Part shown: positions 26,854-33,687 of the stretch, in pieces | Numbering within the stretch: the stretch's first letter is position 1 | Layout of the letters: each line of letters begins with the position of its first letter | NCBI GenBank assembly: GCA_964583985.1 | Contig: CAZOYD010000007.1 | Coordinates: 1-33,687, forward strand | Direction of reading: 5' to 3' | Source: an uncultured archaeon | Lineage (GTDB): Archaea > Asgardarchaeota > Lokiarchaeia > Sigyniarchaeales > SOKP01 | Length of the DNA: 33,687 bases | Program-made: the position numbers and the translations under genes | Notes under the pieces: generated by a model | Seen by the model: only the letters and a program-made list of their open reading frames with translations | What the model was told of the DNA's origin: nothing | Databases searched by the model: none

Positions 26854-28284
26854 TTATGATTGACTTCTCTTAGCATTAAAAATCCTGGTCTTCTGTTTTA
26901 ACATTGAAACACCTTGTACTGCTTCTTCAATACTATGAAAAACTGGGATGTTTGACAATTCCAAAGCTTCAGTTATAGCACCATATTTAGGAATGTAAGG
27001 AATAAAGCAAACCACGGGCTTTTTTGAAATAGTAACTGTATTAGCTATTCTTCTCCCTATTTGAAAAGAAATGGAAGGAGTATAAGGTAATATCAATACG
27101 ATAATACATTCTACGCGTTTAATATTCGATAAATACGTTATAATAGCCTCTAAATCTTCATCTTTAGCAGATCCAGTGAGATCTATAGGATTTCCAAAAG
27201 TTGATATACTTTTAGCGACAGGATTAACTAATTCTCTCATTTCTTGTTGTTCTTCTTGAGTGAAGTCCACTGCTCTTAGCCCATAATTCTTGAGTAAATC
27301 TGCGCAAATAACTCCATGACCACCAGAAATAGACAATATTGCAACATTTCCATTATTTACAGTATTGGGATCGAATGGCTTTTTCTTACGAGATAATACG
27401 TCTAATAATTTTAAATCGGTTAATAATTCGAGTTCAGTAAAAGGTTGTGTTATTAAGTTTTGTTTTAGTGCTGCTTGAAGTATTTTTTCATTACCAGAGA
27501 GAGATGCTGTATGAGATTGGGTAGCCTTTTTTCCCTTATCGGACAAACCCCCAAAATATACAATGATGTCATCTTCCGATTTTCTTGCTAATTGGAGAAA
27601 ATCCCTGCTTTTTGATGGTTTAAATGCTTCCAAATAAAATGCAATATTACGAGTCTCTTCATCTCGTTTACTAAAATAATCTAAAAGCATTGTTTCATCC
27701 ACGACTGCTCGATTTCCTATAGAAACGGCAGTAGACACTCCAATTTTAATTTGATTAAATTTATGAAAGAATTGATCAACTAAAACTCCTCCTGATTGGC
27801 TTATTAAGGCAACTGAGCCTTTAGGAGGGCGTGTGATACGCTCTGTAGGCATAAAAATTGTATCTAATAAGGGAGGGGAATAAACACCGATGCAATTTGG
27901 ACCGAGTATTGCAATGTCATTATCGGTGGCAATTTGGATAAGTTTTTGTTGACGCTTTACACCTTCTCCTCCAATCTCTGCAAATCCACCACTAATGATT
28001 ATACACCCTGGGATTTTATAATCCGCACATTGTTCTACATAATCTAATGTTGCTTTTGCAGGGACTGCTATAACTAAAACATCGGGAACTTTGGGTAATT
28101 CTTCTATTTTTGTGAATAGATTTACACCCTCAACTTCTCCCCCCTCCGGATGAATCCCAAACACTTCAACTTGCATTTCAAAGTAATTTTTAATAAAAAT
28201 GATCCTTCCTGGGCTTAAGGGATTTTTTTTGCTTATGCCAACAACAGCCATTGTTTTTGGTCTAAAAAGACTTTGTAAATTCAT
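26854..28284 (-). CDS. acdA: ADP-forming acyl-CoA synthetase, alpha subunit
   Basis: LFRPKTMAVVG, ISGGFAE, LGPNCIG, ISQSGG, SIGN, phospho-His motif SHTASL, SGGHG, NPIDLTG. The ORF track starts at TTG 28296. Confidence 0.88.
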   Translation of the reverse strand: MNLQSLFRPKTMAVVGISKKNPLSPGRIIFIKNYFEMQVEVFGIHPEGGEVEGVNLFTKIEELPKVPDVLVIAVPAKATLDYVEQCADYKIPGCIIISGGFAEIGGEGVKRQQKLIQIATDNDIAILGPNCIGVYSPPLLDTIFMPTERITRPPKGSVALISQSGGVLVDQFFHKFNQIKIGVSTAVSIGNRAVVDETMLLDYFSKRDEETRNIAFYLEAFKPSKSRDFLQLARKSEDDIIVYFGGLSDKGKKATQSHTASLSGNEKILQAALKQNLITQPFTELELLTDLKLLDVLSRKKKPFDPNTVNNGNVAILSISGGHGVICADLLKNYGLRAVDFTQEEQQEMRELVNPVAKSISTFGNPIDLTGSAKDEDLEAIITYLSNIKRVECIIVLILPYTPSISFQIGRRIANTVTISKKPVVCFIPYIPKYGAITEALELSNIPVFHSIEEAVQGVSMLKQKTRIFNAKRSQS

Positions 28285-28310
28285 TTTGTTCATCAAAAGA
28301 AATTATTAAT

Positions 28311-29168
28311 TTATTCAGAAAGATGTTTTGAATTAAATTCATAAAATAGTTTAATATCCTCAGGTGACAATCTAATGTCTGCTGCCTTTGCGTTTTCAAT
28401 GACATGCTTAATACTAAATGCTTTAGGAATAGTAATGATATTTTCATGATTAATTAACCAAGCAATGGCAATTTGTTGGATTGTCGAGTTATATTTTTTA
28501 GCCAGACTTTCTAACTTTTCTCTTATTTCGCCTTTTAATTTTGTGTACCCTTTATGAGCAAGTGGACTGTATGCCGTTACCATAAGATTATTCTTTTGAT
28601 AATAAGGGAGAGATTCTTGTATGTGTTTTTGGTAAGTAATGTTAATATGAAGTTGATTATCTACTAATTCTTCTTTTTTAAGCGCTTCTTGAGCATATTT
28701 AAATTGTTTCACGCTAAAATTACTTACTCCAATATATCTCGTTTTTCCATTTTTAACTAAATCTTCGAGTACTTTCATTTCTTTTTTGATAGAAATGAAT
28801 TTTGAGGGCCAATGAATTAAATAGAGATCTACATGATCCAGCTTTAATCGGTTTAAACTCTTATCACATGCTTGTTTCATTGAATTTTTACTAAAATGAA
28901 TAGGGAACAGTTTTGTAGTGATAAATAGGTCGTCACGAGGATATTCCTTAATTAATTCTCCCAATACTTCTTCTGCCTTTCCTAAACCATAAAATTCTGC
29001 AGTATCTAAATGTGTCATGCCCAATTCAATCCCCTTTCTCAAGGTAGATTTAATTTCTTCATAAAACTTTTTCCCTTTAGATAATCCTTTTGATCTCCTG
29101 ATACCCCAGAGACCTTGTCCTAAAATTGGAATGTACTCTCCAGTTTTGGCTAATTCTATTTTTCTCAT
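28311..29168 (-). CDS. Aldo/keto reductase
   Basis: DTAEFYG, ITTK, DLYLIHWP, IGVSNF, AYSPL, IPKA. Confidence 0.93.
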   Translation of the reverse strand: MRKIELAKTGEYIPILGQGLWGIRRSKGLSKGKKFYEEIKSTLRKGIELGMTHLDTAEFYGLGKAEEVLGELIKEYPRDDLFITTKLFPIHFSKNSMKQACDKSLNRLKLDHVDLYLIHWPSKFISIKKEMKVLEDLVKNGKTRYIGVSNFSVKQFKYAQEALKKEELVDNQLHINITYQKHIQESLPYYQKNNLMVTAYSPLAHKGYTKLKGEIREKLESLAKKYNSTIQQIAIAWLINHENIITIPKAFSIKHVIENAKAADIRLSPEDIKLFYEFNSKHLSE

Positions 29169-29391
29169 AATTCTTATTTTTTAATCTAAAAATTTAACTC
29201 AACTGATTATAAATTATAAATTCAATTATCATTTTCGGTTTTAGGAATTATGATATAAGTCATTATATCTCCCACGAAAACAAAATTTCTTACTTTGTAT
29301 CAACTCGCTTTTATTATTACAAAATTCTTTGAATAAGCATGGCATTTTGCACGTGTTTAGATATTTAAATAGTAAGTTTATCACCGTTTAG

Positions 29392-30228
29392 TTAATGTTC
29401 AAAAAATTTACGTATTTTATCGATTCTTTCTTCTCTTGATAAGTTGTTAGCTAATGGGTTATGTTCCCCGTATAATTCTTTATGATACACTTGTTTACTA
29501 GCTTGATAAAAAATTCCTAACATATATTTATGAGATTTTCGAGCAGTAGCAAGACCTTCTTCTTTGGTCGCAGGTATTGCATCAAGAAACTCGATCTTTT
29601 TATTATATTCTGACCAAGCATGATAAGGAACAGCAGGCTGTAATATTTCGATAAAAGAAAATCCCTCATGTTCTACTGCTTGTATTATAGTTTCCGTTAA
29701 ATGATCTATCTTACCGGAAAAACATCTTGCCACGAATGTAGCTCCCGCTTCAATCATTAATGACAAAGCATTAAAAGGATTTTCAAGACTTCCTTTAGGT
29801 GTAGATGGTCCATCCCAACCCTTCTCGCTAAGAGGAGAAAATTGTCCTGTGGTCAATGCATATACGCTATTATTATGCAATAACATCGTAATATCTTGAT
29901 TTCTTTTTGCTGCAAACATTGTGTGTTCTAATCCTTCTCCCAAACCATTTCCATCTCCCGAGAAAGTTATAACTTTTAATTTTGGGTTAGCAAGCTTGAT
30001 ACCTTGTGCCGTTGCAACGTCTCTACCATGAAGTGAATATAGTCCGCTTAAATTTAAATAATCAAATATTTTGGCATGGCATCCTATTCCAGCAGTGATA
30101 ACCATGTCTTCTCGCTTGATACCTTTTTGCTCTAAACCCAGAATTGCTTTTTGTACAGCCGTAAGAATACCAAAATTTCCACATCCTGGACACCATGTAA
30201 TTTCAGCATCAGTTTTCAGATCTGCCAT
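29392..30228 (-). CDS. korB: 2-oxoacid:ferredoxin oxidoreductase beta subunit (KorB type)
   Basis: WCPGCG, GIGC, HGR, GDG...NN..YALT.GQ.SP; start ATG 30228 after SD GGGAGGTG. The fourth cluster Cys position reads Ala. Confidence 0.9.
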   Translation of the reverse strand: MADLKTDAEITWCPGCGNFGILTAVQKAILGLEQKGIKREDMVITAGIGCHAKIFDYLNLSGLYSLHGRDVATAQGIKLANPKLKVITFSGDGNGLGEGLEHTMFAAKRNQDITMLLHNNSVYALTTGQFSPLSEKGWDGPSTPKGSLENPFNALSLMIEAGATFVARCFSGKIDHLTETIIQAVEHEGFSFIEILQPAVPYHAWSEYNKKIEFLDAIPATKEEGLATARKSHKYMLGIFYQASKQVYHKELYGEHNPLANNLSREERIDKIRKFFEH

Positions 30229-30232
30229 GTTT

Positions 30233-31891
30233 TTAGAGCACCTCCCTAATTTTTTTTGATAAATTAATAGGATCAAAGGGTCTTCCGTCGTACTTTTTTA
30301 TTATTTTTCTCACATTAATTCCTGCTTTCTCTACTAAAAGAGTTGAAAATTGTCCCGAGATGCTTTGCTCAACAACGATATTATCTTGATCCTTAAATTC
30401 TCTTAATTCCCAGGCAGGTAATGGATTCAAATATATGGGTTGAATGACGGTTGGATTTAATTTTCCATGCCTAAGCGCTTCCAATACACTCATATAGGTG
30501 GAGCCATAAACAAAAATATTTACTGGTTGCTCCCCACGGATAATGTTAACCGTCTTTTTATCCTTTAAATAAACTTCAAGTGCTTTTACTTTCTTATTTC
30601 GTTTTTGATGCATTTTATTAATCATTTCAGCTTTTTCTGTGGTAATACCAAGTTCATCATGTTCATAGCTGTTCCACTTGATTATTTCTTTGGAGGGTGG
30701 GAAGAGCATTGGAGAAATGCCATCATCTTTATCAAGATACCTTTTATAATTTCCACCTTGATGCAATTTTGGCTCTGCCCATTTAGCTTTTCTTATATCT
30801 AAATCAATCGTCATTCCATTCTCGGAAAGGTGTTTATCAGTAAGTAATATTCCTGGTGTTTGAAACTTCCACACGAGGTCTAACATTTCTGCAGTTAAAT
30901 AATAAGCTTCTTCCACCGTTCCAGGAGATGCTACGATTCGCAAAAAGTCGCCATGACCAGCAGTCAGTGCAAAACTTAGATCAGCTTGTTCCGTGTATGT
31001 GGGTACTCCTGTAGCAGGTCCAGAACGCATGGATAATACACACAAAATAGGAGTTTCTGTCATGCCTGCTAAAGAAATTCCCTCAGTCATTAGTGAAAAC
31101 CCTCCACCACTAGTTCCCACCATTGATCTTGCTCCAGTAAATGCGGATCCAATTGCCATATTAATCACCGCAAGTTCGCTTTCAGCATGAACGACTGCTA
31201 ATCCAAAATTTTCTGCTTGCACTGCTAAAAAGTGCAATATTGAAGAAGCAGGCGTCATAGGGTATCCATAGTACGTATTTAAACCGCCTGCTATAGCACC
31301 CAAACTTATTGCTTCATTACCAGTAATGATTGGTCTTTCTTTATCTCCTTTGCTTAACAAAAATTTACCATGACACTCACTCTTGGCTATATCATAGATG
31401 GTATTTGCATATTGAATGTTATCTTCGATACCTCTTGGATATTGATTCCGTATGATCTGGTTCATTTGTTCTTTTTCGAACCCAATAACAGATGCCAAAA
31501 TTGCTACCGCCCCCACGCCGTACATTAGTGTTTTCATTGGATATTTTTCGGCTTCTGAACTTAACGGGATGCCAATACCTGTAACACCTTCTTGTTCATC
31601 CGAATTAAAAATAACAATACCACTATCAGCAACATCGTTCATGTGAATATCATAACTTCTCTTATCAAAATTTACCACCAGATTGGCTTTCATGTACTGA
31701 CTCGTAATCCAACGAGGAGCAGTACTTACCACGGAAAAATTATGACCTCCCCGTATGAGGCTCATATAGTCATCCATTTGAAAAACATAGCGCCCCAGGC
31801 TAGAAAATAAATGAGATCCCACTGATCCCGCTTTTTTCACGCCTTCGCCCGCTTTTCCTCCTACTAAAAATGTAAAGACATCTTCACCCAT
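30233..31891 (-). CDS. korA: 2-oxoacid:ferredoxin oxidoreductase alpha subunit (gamma-alpha fusion, KorA type)
   Basis: GGKAGEGV, SLIRGGHN, GNEA, YPMTPAS, AESE, TSGGGFSLM.E, R.GPATG.PT..EQAD, EHDE.G, YDGRPF. Confidence 0.93.
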   Translation of the reverse strand: MGEDVFTFLVGGKAGEGVKKAGSVGSHLFSSLGRYVFQMDDYMSLIRGGHNFSVVSTAPRWITSQYMKANLVVNFDKRSYDIHMNDVADSGIVIFNSDEQEGVTGIGIPLSSEAEKYPMKTLMYGVGAVAILASVIGFEKEQMNQIIRNQYPRGIEDNIQYANTIYDIAKSECHGKFLLSKGDKERPIITGNEAISLGAIAGGLNTYYGYPMTPASSILHFLAVQAENFGLAVVHAESELAVINMAIGSAFTGARSMVGTSGGGFSLMTEGISLAGMTETPILCVLSMRSGPATGVPTYTEQADLSFALTAGHGDFLRIVASPGTVEEAYYLTAEMLDLVWKFQTPGILLTDKHLSENGMTIDLDIRKAKWAEPKLHQGGNYKRYLDKDDGISPMLFPPSKEIIKWNSYEHDELGITTEKAEMINKMHQKRNKKVKALEVYLKDKKTVNIIRGEQPVNIFVYGSTYMSVLEALRHGKLNPTVIQPIYLNPLPAWELREFKDQDNIVVEQSISGQFSTLLVEKAGINVRKIIKKYDGRPFDPINLSKKIREVL

Positions 31892-32082
31892 AATTAGATT
31901 TACCTTAGTATATGCTTTGATAATTGAATTAAGAAATAACTATAGATTAACAGTTCTAGGATATTATTTAAATATTTGTCTTATAATCCTTTCGATAATC
32001 CATTAAAAAGTAGTTTATATCGACCATTTTTAAAAGATTAATACTAAAAATTATTATAAAAAAAAACTTATTATTACATATC

Positions 32083-33081
32083 ATGAAAGAAAATCGTTTA
32101 AAAATCATTTATTATATAGGTATAGCAATTTCATTAGTATTGATGCTTTTAATTATGAATTTTGGAGGTTTTACGCTTGATATTGTATCTCTGATCTTCT
32201 TTTACGCCATTAAATATCTAGCAGGATTTGGTTTAATAATAAGTATAGCAAACGGATTTTTAGTACTTTTAGATAAAACAAGTGAAAAATTAGGTAAAAA
32301 GGGGACTAATTTATTGGTAATAATGGAGATTATAATACCATTTGTATTTATTGGATATGCAATATATCAAATTATCTCAAGTTATTTCCAGAGTTCTTTA
32401 TTTTCGCAAGGTGGGTTTTCGTTAATAATAGATATCTTAATGTATGTTTATGGTATACTCTCACTTTTATTGAATTTATACATATTGCCTTTGGTAAAAG
32501 ATGCTTTTTATAAGGGAGTAGAATTGAGTAAATTTGTAGGATTAAAAAAAGGTGCAAAAAAAGCAGCAAGAAACGTAAAAAAAAAATATTATGCACTAAA
32601 AGGAGAATATGCGAAGTTAGAAAAACAAGATCATTTAACTATAAAAGATTTATTAGGTACATGGAGAAATAAATTTGCAGTCAATTTCCTAATCATTATT
32701 GCAATAGGTTCCCTAATTTTCACTCCTATTTCGTTTATTTGTGTAATGTATTGGTTAAGATTGTATGTACTTTTTAGATTAGAAAGGAAATACTATGAGA
32801 GAATCGCTTTACTAATAGGAATATCTCTTGTTGGAATAATAGCCCTAATCGCTCCATTTTTGAATTTACCTTTCTACGCGGCAATATCACAATATTTCTG
32901 GACGATAAATATCTTCTACTTGTTAGGAATAGTATTGGCATCATATATCTTTCTAAAGAGATTGCTCAGCCTACGTGGAATTACAATCCAAGAATTTAAA
33001 ATGAAAAAAAGAGAAAATAAGATTGATAAATTAGAGCAAGAAAAAGCAGATCTTCAAAAGCAATTAGATAATAAAGAATAG
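32083..33081 (+). CDS. Polytopic membrane protein (~7 TM) with basic cytoplasmic loop and C-terminal coiled coil
   Basis: Multiple hydrophobic segments; K-rich loop at aa ~140-195; KIDKLEQEKADLQKQL tail. Confidence 0.8.
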   Translation: MKENRLKIIYYIGIAISLVLMLLIMNFGGFTLDIVSLIFFYAIKYLAGFGLIISIANGFLVLLDKTSEKLGKKGTNLLVIMEIIIPFVFIGYAIYQIISSYFQSSLFSQGGFSLIIDILMYVYGILSLLLNLYILPLVKDAFYKGVELSKFVGLKKGAKKAARNVKKKYYALKGEYAKLEKQDHLTIKDLLGTWRNKFAVNFLIIIAIGSLIFTPISFICVMYWLRLYVLFRLERKYYERIALLIGISLVGIIALIAPFLNLPFYAAISQYFWTINIFYLLGIVLASYIFLKRLLSLRGITIQEFKMKKRENKIDKLEQEKADLQKQLDNKE

Positions 33082-33096
33082 ATTTTTTAAAATAAG

Positions 33097-33591
33097 ATTA
33101 AAAATCATCCATCAGCGACAATCGAAAAAAATTCTTATTCGAATCCGAAAGGAATAATTTCATTTCAAAATCAACCCTCGATTATTCTCGGTTCGATGAA
33201 ATCGAAATATGAACAAAAGAATAGAATCTTTTTCATTGCTGATGATTTTATCTATTATTTTAACGAAGAAACTATATCCAATTTAATGATTGAAATGGCA
33301 AAACGTTTCCCAAAAGCAGAAATTATTATTGATGCCACCTCTAAACTCGCTAATTCAGTTGTTAACTTAAGAGCTAAAAAAGCTGGTGAAAAAGGATTAA
33401 GATTTCATTTTGGAGTCGGTAATCCCTCAAAAATGTTTCCAAGGTGGTCTTTTAAGATTTAAGTATATGATTGGCACATCATTTGGGCAAGAACAAAGAT
33501 AAATCCAAATTGGAATAAAAAGATTATTTCTGCAATTAAGAAATCGGAGCGAATAAAAGCAGCAAAAATTATACATTTAAAATTTCTATAA
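33097..33591 (+). pseudogene. Decayed LCM/TcmP-like class I SAM-dependent O-methyltransferase
   Basis: Pieces in shifting frames: IKNHPSATI (33097-33123); RKKFLFESERNNFISKSTLDYSRFDEI (from 33123); YEQKNRIFFIADDFIYYF...FPKAEIIID...; in-frame TAA at 33460-33462; continuation VYDW...KIIHLKFL to TAA 33591. Confidence 0.7.
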
Positions 33592-33687
33592 TAGACAACA
33601 ACATCTCCATTTTAATTACTCTCTTTAAAATACATATACTAAATTTTTTAAAATACAAAAAATTTAAAATCTTAATTTTAGATTGTA

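Noticed and set aside
29170-29390. Short minus-strand ORFs between korB and AKR (MPCLFKEFC..., MTYIIIPKTENDN)
   Set aside because: 34 codons or fewer, no motif support.
1559-32596. Numerous 60-120 aa ORFs antisense to or nested within long genes (e.g. 1559-1768, 2124-2405, 3926-4189, 6368-6736, 11862-12122, 24258-24605, 32372-32596)
   Set aside because: Shadow frames of well-supported genes with no recognisable motifs.
33460-33462. Programmed stop-codon readthrough in the last ORF
   Set aside because: The stop is TAA (not Sec or Pyl) and other lesions are present; a pseudogene is the simpler explanation.

Overview
AT-rich (roughly 30% GC by eye), gene-dense archaeal chromosomal segment, most consistent with an anaerobic Asgard archaeon (Lokiarchaeia-like). 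The assignment rests on a longin-domain protein, a Fae domain, hdrCBA and GGAG/GGTGA Shine-Dalgarno motifs. Left to right: TPR and small hypothetical genes; hdrC-hdrB-hdrA operon; HAD phosphatase; nuclease-fold/longin fusion; endonuclease V divergent from an Sm-like gene; a redox cluster (YyaL/SPATA20-like, iron-sulfur flavoprotein, nitroreductase, Bcp); uronate isomerase; a two-gene unit of an uncharacterised 428-aa protein and a DHDPS-family aldolase fused to a complete formaldehyde-activating enzyme (Fae) domain; a receiver protein; a large membrane-anchored beta-helix protein; a PAS histidine kinase; a radical SAM enzyme; a UDP-sugar dehydrogenase; ADP-forming acyl-CoA synthetase alpha; an aldo/keto reductase; 2-oxoacid:ferredoxin oxidoreductase alpha/beta; a membrane protein; and a decayed methyltransferase pseudogene. 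No rRNA, tRNA, CRISPR array or mobile element was recognised. The best candidate for an undescribed system is the aldolase-Fae fusion with its partner gene, which suggests a formaldehyde-channelling link between a 2-oxoacid aldol reaction and tetrahydromethanopterin C1 metabolism. All calls come from motif recognition by eye; no searches were run.
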